A stretch of DNA of 41,540 nucleotides, taken from NCBI GenBank assembly GCA_903930665.1, contig CAIYZI010000694.1:1-41540 (forward strand). The letters run 5' to 3'. A model generated the notes under the pieces. The model was not told the origin of the DNA. It saw only the letters and a list, made by a program, of their open reading frames with translations, and searched no databases. Shown piece after piece: positions 32,301 to 41,540 of this stretch (positions are counted from its first letter, which is position 1; every line of letters starts with the position of its first letter). This DNA comes from an uncultured beta proteobacterium (GTDB lineage Bacteria > Pseudomonadota > Gammaproteobacteria > Burkholderiales > Burkholderiaceae). A program made the translations under genes and the position numbers.

Positions 32301-33803
32301 ATGGATCTATTTGCTAATTTAGCCCTCGGTTTCGATACAGCGTTTACGCTGCAAAACCTCCTTTATTGCTTAATCGGTTGCGTGCTGGGCACCTTAATCG
32401 GCGTTTTGCCAGGTCTCGGACCTATTGCGACCATCGCAATGCTTTTGCCTGCTACCTACGCGCTACCCCCGATCGCCGCCCTAATTATGTTGGCTGGTAT
32501 TTACTATGGATCTCAATATGGAGGCTCTACAACAGCCATTTTGCTCAACATACCTGGGGAGACCTCTTCAGTAGTGACGGCAATTGATGGTTACCAAATG
32601 GCCCGAAACGGTCGAGCGGGCGTTGCACTCTTCACCGCAGGGATGGGATCTTTTTTTGCAGGTTGCGTGGCGACTCTTGTATTGGCTGCGTTTGCAGCAC
32701 CCCTATCCCAATTAGCCTTTAAGTTTGGACCTGCCGAATACTTTTCCCTAATGGTTTTAGGCCTAATCGGCGCGGTGGTATTGGCCTCTGGCTCACTCAT
32801 CAAGGCCATTGGCATGATAGTTTTGGGTCTGTTAATGGGTCTGATTGGTACCGATGTGAACTCTGGAGTCTCTCGTTACGCATTTGATATACCTGAGCTT
32901 AGCGATGGCATTGGTTTTGTCGCAGTAGCCATGGGGGTTTTTGGCTTTGCCGAAATCATGAGCAATCTTGAAAAAAAGGATGAGGATGAGGGCTTCTTAA
33001 ACAAGATGACCACCATGATTCCTACCAAACAAGATGTCAAACGCATGATTCCTTCGATCCTGCGTGGCACCGCGATTGGCTCAATTTTAGGAATCCTGCC
33101 TGGTGGTGGCGCCGCATTAGCCTCTTTTGGCGCTTACTCTGTTGAGAAAAAAGCCTCTAAATACAGTGCAGAATTCGGACATGGCGCCATCGAAGGTGTT
33201 GCCGGCCCTGAATCCGCCAATAATGCCGCAGCCCAAACTTCCTTTATTCCTCTGCTCACCTTAGGTATTCCACCTAATGCTGTCATGGCTTTGATGGTTG
33301 GAGCAATGACCATTCATAACATTCAACCCGGTCCTCAGGTCATGACCAGCAATCCTGCCTTATTCTGGGGCTTAATCGCCTCCATGTGGATTGGTAATGT
33401 CATGTTGATTCTTTTGAATCTCCCGCTCATTGGCATTTGGGTCAAGCTATTAAAGATCCCTTATCGCTTTATGTATCCAGCAATCTTGGTTTTTTGCTGT
33501 ATTGGCGTGTACACAGTGAACAATACCGTTTTTGACGTCTATGTAACTGCTGCTTTTGGCTTAATTGGCTACCTCTTCCTTAAGCTGGGTTGCGAACCCC
33601 CTCCGCTGCTTCTGGGTTTCGTCCTCGGGCCCATGATGGAAGAAAATTTCCGCCGAGCACTACTTTTATCCCGTGGCAACTTCTCCACCTTTGTTACCCG
33701 CCCCCTCTCCTTGGGATTGCTGATTGCTGCAGCACTATTAGTCGTGATCGTGGCATTGCCAGCTGTCAAGAAAACGCGTGAAGAAGCCTTCGTAGAGGAA
33801 TAA
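32301..33803 (+). CDS. tctA: Tripartite tricarboxylate transporter large subunit TctA
   Basis: GVLPGLG, YGGSTTAILLNIPG, PESANNA, LTLGIP. Confidence 0.95.
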   Translation: MDLFANLALGFDTAFTLQNLLYCLIGCVLGTLIGVLPGLGPIATIAMLLPATYALPPIAALIMLAGIYYGSQYGGSTTAILLNIPGETSSVVTAIDGYQMARNGRAGVALFTAGMGSFFAGCVATLVLAAFAAPLSQLAFKFGPAEYFSLMVLGLIGAVVLASGSLIKAIGMIVLGLLMGLIGTDVNSGVSRYAFDIPELSDGIGFVAVAMGVFGFAEIMSNLEKKDEDEGFLNKMTTMIPTKQDVKRMIPSILRGTAIGSILGILPGGGAALASFGAYSVEKKASKYSAEFGHGAIEGVAGPESANNAAAQTSFIPLLTLGIPPNAVMALMVGAMTIHNIQPGPQVMTSNPALFWGLIASMWIGNVMLILLNLPLIGIWVKLLKIPYRFMYPAILVFCCIGVYTVNNTVFDVYVTAAFGLIGYLFLKLGCEPPPLLLGFVLGPMMEENFRRALLLSRGNFSTFVTRPLSLGLLIAAALLVVIVALPAVKKTREEAFVEE

Positions 33804-33825
33804 ATACCCTTTCGCTTTCAAAAAT

Positions 33826-33857
33826 AAGCCCGCTAGCAATTTGCGGGCTTTTTCTTT
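33826..33857 (+). terminator. Rho-independent terminator after tctA
   Basis: AAGCCCGC-N9-GCGGGCTT followed by TTTCTTT. Confidence 0.85.
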
Positions 33858-33887
33858 ACAGGCAGGGGTTTTCTCTACAATGGAGAA

Positions 33888-35672
33888 ATGTCCCAAGATA
33901 GCAAATCCTCCAAGGCCGTAGCCAGCACCGTTGCTGAGCCCTCCAACTTTTTGCGCCAGATCATCGACCATGATTTGGCGAGTGGTGCCTATCAGCAACG
34001 CACTAATGCATCTGGACAAGCTATCCCTGCCATCATTACCCGTTTTCCTCCAGAACCAAATGGTTACTTGCACATTGGTCACGCCAAAAGTATCTGCTTA
34101 AATTTTGGCCTAGCTGCCGACTACAACGCTTTACCTGGTGGCGCGCGTTGCAATATGCGCTTAGATGACACCAATCCCGTCAAAGAGGATGTGGAATACG
34201 CCGACAGCATTTTGGATGCCGTGAAATGGTTGGGATTTAATTGGGAAAGTGGTGGTCAAACCCATCTTTACCATGCAAGTGATTACTTTGATCGTCTTTA
34301 TGAGTTTGCAGAAATTCTGATACAGAATGGTAAAGCTTACGTGGATAGCCAAAGCGCCGATGACATTCACACCAATCGCGGTAACTTTGGCCAAGCCGGT
34401 AAAAATAGCCCTTATCGCAATAGAAGTGCCGAGGAAAATCTCCAGCTCTTTAGGGATATGCGTGATGGTAAGTTCAAGGATGGCGAACATGTCCTGCGCT
34501 TAAAAATTGATATGGCGCATCCAAATATCGTGATGCGCGATCCAGTGGTTTATCGCATTCGACACACCGATCATCATCGCACTGGTAGCAAGTGGTGTAT
34601 CTACCCTTTATATGACTTCACCCATTGCATCTCCGATGCCTTGGAAAATGTTTCCCACTCTATTTGCACTTTAGAGTTTGAAAACAATCGCCCTTTATAT
34701 GACTGGGTCTTAAATGCCCTTAAAGAAGCGGGTGTCTTTAAAGATCCATTACCGCATCAATATGAGTTTGCCCGCCTCAATCTGACCTACACCATCACCA
34801 GCAAGCGCAAGTTACTGCAACTGGTTGAAGAAAAACATGTAGATGGGTGGGATGATCCGCGTATGTCAACCATTGTGGGCATACGTCGTCGTGGTTATAC
34901 GCCAGAAAGTATTCGCCTATTTTGTGAGCGCATCGGTGTTTCCAAAGCTGATAGCTGGATTGATATGAGTACCCTCGATCAGGCCTTGCGCGATGATCTT
35001 GAAGCAAAAGCACCGCGCGCTACTGCCGTTCTCAAGCCCCTTAAGCTTGTCATCGAAAACTTTGATGCCTCTGCTAGCGAACCCTGTTCAGCACCACGTC
35101 ACCCCCAGCATCCAGAGCTAGGTAATCGCGAATTTCATTTCACGCGTGAGCTCTGGATTGAAGCAGATGATTTTATGAAAGAGCCGATTAAAGGCTTTTT
35201 CAGGCTATACCCACCGATTGGCGATCAACCTGGTAGTCGCGTGCGCTTGCGCCATGGCTTTGTGATCGAGTGCACTGGGTTTGATGTAGATGCCGACGGC
35301 AATGTCACTCAAGTTCGTGCTACTCACTTCTCAGATAGCAAGAGTGGCACACCGGGATCAAACAACTACAAAGTAAAAGGCAACATTCATTGGATTAGTG
35401 CTGCTGAAGCCATTCCTACTGAAGTGCGCCTCTATGATCACCTCTTTAATGACCCACATCCAGATAGTGGTGATAAGAATTTCTTAGAAGCGATTAATCC
35501 GCATTCCAAGCAAACTATTACCGCCTATTTAGAGCCTTGCATGAAAGATATCCAAGCAGGTAAGCGCTTTCAGTTTGAACGTCACGGCTACTTTATTGCC
35601 GACCAATTCGATTCGAAAGCTGATAAGCCGGTATTTAACCGTACAGTAGGTCTTAAGGATTCTTGGAAATAG
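33888..35672 (+). CDS. glnS: Glutamine--tRNA ligase
   Basis: TRFPPEPNGYLHIGH, DDTNP, CTLEF, SKRKL, GWDDPRM, FQFERHGYF. Confidence 0.98.
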   Translation: MSQDSKSSKAVASTVAEPSNFLRQIIDHDLASGAYQQRTNASGQAIPAIITRFPPEPNGYLHIGHAKSICLNFGLAADYNALPGGARCNMRLDDTNPVKEDVEYADSILDAVKWLGFNWESGGQTHLYHASDYFDRLYEFAEILIQNGKAYVDSQSADDIHTNRGNFGQAGKNSPYRNRSAEENLQLFRDMRDGKFKDGEHVLRLKIDMAHPNIVMRDPVVYRIRHTDHHRTGSKWCIYPLYDFTHCISDALENVSHSICTLEFENNRPLYDWVLNALKEAGVFKDPLPHQYEFARLNLTYTITSKRKLLQLVEEKHVDGWDDPRMSTIVGIRRRGYTPESIRLFCERIGVSKADSWIDMSTLDQALRDDLEAKAPRATAVLKPLKLVIENFDASASEPCSAPRHPQHPELGNREFHFTRELWIEADDFMKEPIKGFFRLYPPIGDQPGSRVRLRHGFVIECTGFDVDADGNVTQVRATHFSDSKSGTPGSNNYKVKGNIHWISAAEAIPTEVRLYDHLFNDPHPDSGDKNFLEAINPHSKQTITAYLEPCMKDIQAGKRFQFERHGYFIADQFDSKADKPVFNRTVGLKDSWK

Positions 35673-36540
35673 TTTTCAGAAACTCCGCCACGCTGGGATA
35701 GCGTAGCGGGGTTTTTAATTCCTTAAGGCGGTCATTGGTTACCCGCCTGGATTCCCGCATAAATGACCACAACATCGGACTAACGATCTTCTGCAACTGG
35801 GCTGCGGGCATTCTTGGAGCTCGCTCGATACCAAAGGCGTCAGCTACTTGATCAAAGTAGTCCCCCATTTTGGTTTCACCGCCATCACAAGCATTAATTA
35901 CCCTTTGTGGTTTACCGTGATACACCGCTGCGCAAACTAAACGCGCCAAATCATCGCTTTGAATGTGGTTTGAGTAGGCATCTTCTGCGGGCAATAAGGC
36001 TGGCGTTTTTGATTGCAAGCGCTCAACTGGTAATCGATCCAGGGCGTAAATGCCTGGGACACGCAGTATGGTGAGCGTGACACCCTGGGTAAGTGCCCAA
36101 TAGCGCAATGACTGCTCAGCAGCCACCCTTCTTTTAGCTCGATCACTCTGCGGGTTAACCGGGGTCGCCTCACTGACCTTTGCGCCCTGATGATCCCCAT
36201 ATACCCCTGTAGTGCTGACATAAATGAGTCGCCGAACACGATGGGGTCCTTGAGATAAAATTCGCAAGAGGTGGCGAGTTCGAAGATCGCAAGTACCGAC
36301 AGTTTGGGGCGGAGCTAAATGAATCACGGTTTGAGCCAAACCGTGTAAGCGCCACAAAGTATCTGGTTGATCCAGATTACCCAAAATCGGTGTTGCCCCA
36401 GACTCCCTCAGTGCAGCAAAGCGACTTTGCTGAGAAGTAAGAGCAAACACTCTATAGTTTTTTGAAAGCTGTCTGGCCACGCGAAGACCAATGTCACCGC
36501 AGCCAATGATCAAAATTCGAGATTTACCAAAACATTGCAT
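35653..36540 (-). CDS. NAD(P)-dependent epimerase/dehydratase (extended or atypical SDR, YeeZ-like)
   Basis: IIGCGDIG Rossmann motif, YVSTTGVYGD, R..AE, ILRVPGIY. Confidence 0.85.
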   Translation of the reverse strand: MQCFGKSRILIIGCGDIGLRVARQLSKNYRVFALTSQQSRFAALRESGATPILGNLDQPDTLWRLHGLAQTVIHLAPPQTVGTCDLRTRHLLRILSQGPHRVRRLIYVSTTGVYGDHQGAKVSEATPVNPQSDRAKRRVAAEQSLRYWALTQGVTLTILRVPGIYALDRLPVERLQSKTPALLPAEDAYSNHIQSDDLARLVCAAVYHGKPQRVINACDGGETKMGDYFDQVADAFGIERAPRMPAAQLQKIVSPMLWSFMRESRRVTNDRLKELKTPLRYPSVAEFLKTISKNP

Positions 36541-36576
36541 AAGTCACATCGTAACGATTTATTGAAAGGAGTGAGA

Positions 36577-37629
36577 GTGTCTTATCAAGTCACGCTCAAA
36601 GCGAGCGGCAAACAATTTCATGTCAATCCAGATGAAAGTCTCCTGGAGGCAGCTCTGCGCCAAGGCATCAACCTGCCCTATGGATGCAAAAACGGCGCCT
36701 GCGGATCCTGCAAAGGAAAGATTCTAGAAGGTCAAGTGACCCACGGTCAGCATAGCGAAAATGCCATGAGTCAGGCTGATAAAACTGCGGGAGCGCTACT
36801 GTTTTGTTGTGCACAGCCGCAAAGCGACCTATTAATAGAAGCACGCGAAGTACAAGGCGCAGGAGATATCGTCATCCGGAAGGTGCCTTGCCGAGTTAAT
36901 GCCATCATCAAACCTAGTGACGATGTGGTTATTCTGAAACTGCAATTGCCGGCCGCAGAACGTTTTCAATTCCTGGCTGGTCAATATATTGAATTTCTTC
37001 TTAAAGACGGGCAACGTCGTGCCTACTCGATTGCCAATGCCCCAGAACAAGAAGGTCCACTCGAGCTTCATATACGCCACTTACCTGGAGGCCTTTTTAC
37101 CGATGCGGTATTTGGAACTAAAGAACCAGCTTTAAAAGAAAAAGATATCTTGCGCTTTGAAGGTCCGTTAGGGAGCTTCTTTCTCAGGGAGGACTCTTCA
37201 AAACCGATCATTTTCGTTGCTGCCGGTACCGGTTTTGCCCCGATCAAGTCCATCATCGAGCAAATGCACGCCAAAAACATGGATAGACCGATCCACCTCT
37301 ACTGGGGTGGACGACGCCCAAATGACCTGTATTTAGAGAGTCTATGCAAAACCTGGGAACAAGACATTCCCAACTTTACCTATATTCCCGTCATTTCAAA
37401 TGCCCTGCCTGAGGATGCTTGGACGGGTCGTACAGGCTTTGTTCATCAAGCAGTGATGGTAGACCATCCCAATATGGAAAGCTTTCAGGTATACGCCTGT
37501 GGTGCCCCCATCATGGTCAACTCCGCTCGTCAGGATTTTTCCTCTAAGTGCCAATTACCTGAAGAAGAGTTTTATGCAGACTCATTTACCAGTGCTGCGG
37601 ATACAGCCAAAACGGCAACACTTTCATAA
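36577..37629 (+). CDS. 2Fe-2S ferredoxin-FAD/NAD(P) reductase (CDP-6-deoxy-delta-3,4-glucoseen reductase-like)
   Basis: CKNGACGSC...CC plant-type ferredoxin domain, RAYSIA FAD motif, AGTGFAP, YACG; GTG at 36577 follows AAAGGAG. Confidence 0.9.
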   Translation: MSYQVTLKASGKQFHVNPDESLLEAALRQGINLPYGCKNGACGSCKGKILEGQVTHGQHSENAMSQADKTAGALLFCCAQPQSDLLIEAREVQGAGDIVIRKVPCRVNAIIKPSDDVVILKLQLPAAERFQFLAGQYIEFLLKDGQRRAYSIANAPEQEGPLELHIRHLPGGLFTDAVFGTKEPALKEKDILRFEGPLGSFFLREDSSKPIIFVAAGTGFAPIKSIIEQMHAKNMDRPIHLYWGGRRPNDLYLESLCKTWEQDIPNFTYIPVISNALPEDAWTGRTGFVHQAVMVDHPNMESFQVYACGAPIMVNSARQDFSSKCQLPEEEFYADSFTSAADTAKTATLS

Positions 37630-37684
37630 ACAAAATACGATAATAGAAACCTTACTTTAGTCACCATTAGCCCAAGATAAACAA

Positions 37685-38878
37685 ATGCATAAGCCAGCCC
37701 AAACCATTGATGCTCACTCAGTCATGTTCATCACCCAAAGACCTGAATTGGTGATGGTAGAAGGAAAAGGGTCATGGCTGACGGATAACAATGGCAAGCG
37801 CTATTTAGACTTTTTACAGGGCTGGGCTGTGAACTGCTTAGGTCATGGCAATCCTGGCATGATTGAAGCACTCAATACACAAGCCAAAAAACTGATTAAC
37901 CCTAGTCCGGCGTTCTACAACGAACCCATGATTGGTTTATCCAATTTACTCACTGCAAACAGTTGCTTTAATAAAGTGTTCTTTGCCAATAGCGGTGCTG
38001 AAGCAAATGAGGGCGCTATCAAATTGGCACGCAAATGGGGTCAACTCAATAAATCTGGCGCCTTTGAAATTATCACTTTTGACCACAGTTTCCATGGTCG
38101 CACATTAGCCACCATGAGTGCCTCCGGGAAGCCCGGCTGGGATACGATGTTTGCACCTCAAGTGCCTGGATTTTTTAAAGCAGATTTAAACGACTTAGAT
38201 TCAGTAAAAAAACTGGTTACCAAGAACACTGTTGCAGTAATGCTTGAGCCTGTTCAAGGTGAAGGCGGCGTTATTCCAGTAACTGCAGAATTCATGCAAA
38301 GTCTGCGTAAATTCACTAAAGAAAATAATATTCTTTTGATTGTGGATGAAGTTCAAGCAGGCTGTGGTCGCACTGGTACTTTGTTTGCTTACCAACACTA
38401 TGGCATCGAACCAGACATCATGACTTTAGGCAAAGGTATTGGTGGTGGAGTTCCGCTCGCAGCTTTATTGGCGACTGATGCGATTGCTTGCTTTGTGCCT
38501 GGTGATCAAGGGGGAACCTATAACGGCAACCCACTCATGACTGCCGTGGGGATCAGCGTTATTGAGCAACTTTTGGCTCCTGGATTTTTAGATTCAGTCA
38601 AAAAGAAAGGGGAGTTATTGAGCTCAGAACTCCTCTCCCTTTCAGAAGAATTTCATCTTGGTGGCGAGCGTGGCCAAGGTTTATTGCGCGCCCTGATTTT
38701 AGGCAAAGATATTGGGGGTAAATTAGTAGATCTGGCGCGTGATCGTGCTCCTGAAGGCCTATTAATTAATTCACCAAGGCCAAACCTATTACGCTTTATG
38801 CCAGCCTTAAATGTTGCTGATGATGAAATTCGTCAAATGTGCAATATCTTGCGCGAACTTTTAAAGCAAGTTGCTTAA
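37685..38878 (+). CDS. argD: Acetylornithine aminotransferase (class III PLP enzyme)
   Basis: [46 protein letters not shown]. Confidence 0.9.
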   Translation: MHKPAQTIDAHSVMFITQRPELVMVEGKGSWLTDNNGKRYLDFLQGWAVNCLGHGNPGMIEALNTQAKKLINPSPAFYNEPMIGLSNLLTANSCFNKVFFANSGAEANEGAIKLARKWGQLNKSGAFEIITFDHSFHGRTLATMSASGKPGWDTMFAPQVPGFFKADLNDLDSVKKLVTKNTVAVMLEPVQGEGGVIPVTAEFMQSLRKFTKENNILLIVDEVQAGCGRTGTLFAYQHYGIEPDIMTLGKGIGGGVPLAALLATDAIACFVPGDQGGTYNGNPLMTAVGISVIEQLLAPGFLDSVKKKGELLSSELLSLSEEFHLGGERGQGLLRALILGKDIGGKLVDLARDRAPEGLLINSPRPNLLRFMPALNVADDEIRQMCNILRELLKQVA

Positions 38879-38900
38879 TCTGCTAGGTTGACTCACTAGC

Positions 38901-39842
38901 TTAGTCTACTAAGTTTTTCGGCAAAGAAAAGGTGACATCTTCCACAACCCCTGGAAGATTACGAACCTGACGTACGCCAAACTCCTGAATACGATCAACA
39001 ATCGACTGCGCAAGGCTTTCAGGAGCGGATGCGCCGGCTGTCAAGCCAATGCGTTTTTTTCCGACAAACCATTCTGGCTTGAGTTGTTCGGGTGCATCGA
39101 CCATGTAGGACGGTACACCGAGTTTTTCAGATAATTCACGCAAGCGATTAGAGTTTGAACTTGCTTGGCTACCCACGACAATAACAAGCTCTACTTGCGG
39201 CGCCATAAACTTCACTGCATCTTGTCGGTTTTGAGTGGCATAACAAATATCTTGTTTACGAGGTTGAACAATGTTGGGAAACCTCATAGTTAAGGCATCA
39301 ACAATTTCTTTTGTCTCATCCACGGAGAGAGTTGTTTGGGTTACGAAAGCGATTTTGGTTTCCGGTAAAAAAGTTAGACCCTCAACATCGCTGGTTTTTT
39401 CAATTAAGAAAACACCTTCCTTAACTTGACCCATCGTACCTTCGACTTCTGGATGACCTACATGCCCAATCATCAAAACAGTAAAGCCTTCTTTGCACAT
39501 CTTCACCACTTCAAGATGTACTTTTGTCACCAAAGGACAGGTAGCGTCATACACCTGGAGCCCACGGTCTTGAGCATCCTTACGCACTTCTTGAGAAACA
39601 CCATGCGCACTAAACACCACAATTCCGCCTTTAGGAACTTCATGCAACTCATCAACAAATATCGCACCCTTGTTGCGCAATTCATTAACAACGTATGCGT
39701 TGTGCACAATTTCATGACGGACATAAATAGGTGCGCCAAAACGAGCGAGGGCCTCATTCACAATATTGATAGCCCTATCCACACCAGCGCAAAAGCCGCG
39801 CGGTTGAGCCATCAAAATTTCTGGGTTGCCCTGATCGGTCAT
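38901..39842 (-). CDS. ispH: 4-hydroxy-3-methylbut-2-enyl diphosphate reductase
   Basis: PRGFCAGV, SAHG, DATCPLV, QTTLS, ICYATQNRQ, SSNS, TAGASAP. Confidence 0.98.
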   Translation of the reverse strand: MTDQGNPEILMAQPRGFCAGVDRAINIVNEALARFGAPIYVRHEIVHNAYVVNELRNKGAIFVDELHEVPKGGIVVFSAHGVSQEVRKDAQDRGLQVYDATCPLVTKVHLEVVKMCKEGFTVLMIGHVGHPEVEGTMGQVKEGVFLIEKTSDVEGLTFLPETKIAFVTQTTLSVDETKEIVDALTMRFPNIVQPRKQDICYATQNRQDAVKFMAPQVELVIVVGSQASSNSNRLRELSEKLGVPSYMVDAPEQLKPEWFVGKKRIGLTAGASAPESLAQSIVDRIQEFGVRQVRNLPGVVEDVTFSLPKNLVD

Positions 39843-39881
39843 ATGTATCTTTTTAAGGTCGTATTAAGAGTTCAATCACCC

Positions 39882-40328
39882 TTAAAGAATGGCGACGATT
39901 TCTGCTTCAAACGTCACAGAGCGTCCAGCCAAGGGGTGGTTGAAATCAAACCAGGCACCCTCTTCATTAATGGATTGCAATACGCCAGCGTATTGGGCGC
40001 CACCAGGGGCATTAAATTCAATGACATCTCCAGGATTAAATTCCACATCGTCATCGCGCCCTTCTTTCAGTGCTGCTAAAGAAACCCACTGCACCAACTC
40101 GTCTTTGCGCTCACCAAAACTTTCCTCAGGAGGAAGCAATGCGCTTTTTTTCTCACCAACACCAAGTCCTAACAACACCCCTTCAAAACAAGGAGCAAAT
40201 TGTCCAGATCCCATAAGCACGGTAGCAGGCCTGTCAATAAAGGTATTAATGTAATCCTCCCCATTGGGCAAGGTGAGCCGATAGTTGAGGGTCAAATAGG
40301 AGTTAGGCAAAACAGTAAGCTTAGTCAT
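39882..40328 (-). CDS. fkpB: FKBP-type peptidyl-prolyl isomerase (SlpA/FkpB)
   Basis: LTLNYRL, DFNHPLAG; canonical position upstream of ispH. Start set at MTKLTV (40328). Confidence 0.88.
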   Translation of the reverse strand: MTKLTVLPNSYLTLNYRLTLPNGEDYINTFIDRPATVLMGSGQFAPCFEGVLLGLGVGEKKSALLPPEESFGERKDELVQWVSLAALKEGRDDDVEFNPGDVIEFNAPGGAQYAGVLQSINEEGAWFDFNHPLAGRSVTFEAEIVAIL

Positions 40329-40358
40329 GAGGTAATTGTATCTAGGCTCGCACCTAGT

Positions 40359-41039
40359 GTGCATTCTCCAATTTCTAGCTGGGCAAAAGCAGACCAGCCC
40401 CGTGAAAAACTCCTCACCTTAGGAGCCAAGGCATTGGCCGATGCTGAGCTACTGGCTATTTTTCTCAGGGTTGGCGTCAAAGGAAAATCTGCCATTACCT
40501 TGGCTCAAGAACTTCTAGACCAGTTCGGCGGTCTGCCTCGCCTTTTAAACTACCCTCCCAAGGACCTGATACGCATACATGGCATGGGCCTCGCTAAATG
40601 GTCGCAAATCCAGGCAGCTTATGAATTGGTAAAGCGTAGCCTTGAGAAGGAACTTACCGAAAACTCAGTTTTATCCTCCCCATTGCAGGTGAGGGAATTT
40701 TTACAGGCTAAATTTGGCAGGCTTCCACATGAGGTTTTTGTTTGCCTGCATCTTGATTCTTGCTGTCGCCTGATTGAGTGCCAAGAGCTATTTCGGGGGT
40801 CTATCACCCAAACTGCGGTCTATCCTCGCGAAATTCTCAAAGAGGCAATTTCTAGAAATGCTAGCGCCCTAATCGTGGCTCACAATCACCCCAGCGGGAA
40901 CCCAGATCCAAGCGATGCCGATAAAGAACTCACGAAAATTCTCATAAAAGCACTGGAATTGGTGGATATTCCTCTTTTAGATCACCTCATTATCAGTAAT
41001 AGTGGTTTTTTCTCATTTTCTGATAAAGGCCTTATATAA
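40359..41039 (+). CDS. radC: RadC/YicR family JAB-domain protein
   Basis: PREKLL..GA.AL.DAELLAIFLR.G, HhH region, VYPRE, HNHPSG..PS..D, LLDH; upstream of rpmB. Start uncertain (GTG 40359). Confidence 0.92.
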   Translation: MHSPISSWAKADQPREKLLTLGAKALADAELLAIFLRVGVKGKSAITLAQELLDQFGGLPRLLNYPPKDLIRIHGMGLAKWSQIQAAYELVKRSLEKELTENSVLSSPLQVREFLQAKFGRLPHEVFVCLHLDSCCRLIECQELFRGSITQTAVYPREILKEAISRNASALIVAHNHPSGNPDPSDADKELTKILIKALELVDIPLLDHLIISNSGFFSFSDKGLI

Positions 41040-41158
41040 ATTACTTAATTACCATAGTACTCGCTAACTTATAAAGGGCTTTAGCACCCTTAGAGGCTTA
41101 AATTGAATGAATCATCCAAACTAAAGCGATTTAGGGCTAGATCAAACTGGGTTCTGCC

Positions 41159-41167
41159 TGATACAAT
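41159..41167 (+). promoter_or_regulatory. Extended -10 promoter of rpmB-rpmG
   Basis: TGaTACAAT 30 bp upstream of the rpmB ATG, with GGAG SD in between. Confidence 0.55.
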
Positions 41168-41197
41168 CTTCTTTTTTCGCAATTATGGAGTCACGTC

Positions 41198-41540
<343 letters not shown>

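Noticed and set aside
39426-40358. 217-aa plus-strand ORF and the long RadC N-terminal extension
   Set aside because: Antisense to the well-supported ispH and fkpB genes; no motifs
40359-41039. radC as a marker of a mobile element or anti-defence locus
   Set aside because: Full-length chromosomal type in its canonical position before rpmB-rpmG

Overview
Mostly core-genome housekeeping DNA from a moderately low-GC betaproteobacterium; gene content and order suggest Burkholderiaceae, probably Polynucleobacter (inference). Left to right: a cold-shock gene; a two-gene, AT-richer islet (ThDP-dependent 2-oxoacid decarboxylase plus a Tat-exported patatin-like hydrolase) at the 3' end of a tRNA-Ile(CAU); the rpsU-yqeY-dnaG-rpoD operon (RpoD has a long Lys/Ala/Pro-rich N-terminal extension); tsaD; xseB-ispA-dxs-folE2; an orphan Rieske oxygenase plus sulfurtransferase; a ZIP transporter; polA; a secreted hypothetical-thrB-membrane protein operon; uvrD; valS-galU; alaS-tusA; tctBA; glnS; a divergent SDR / 2Fe-2S reductase pair; argD; fkpB-ispH; radC; rpmB and a partial rpmG. 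I see no integrase, transposase, CRISPR array or defence system. The most interesting signals are (i) a recurrent -10 box, 6-7 nt, ATG architecture suggesting leaderless mRNAs, including a 24-bp uvrD/valS spacer where one palindrome supplies TATAAT on both strands; (ii) a structured 5' leader in front of the Rieske oxygenase; and (iii) the tRNA-adjacent decarboxylase/Tat-patatin islet. No searches or folding programs were run; family calls rest on motif recognition by eye.
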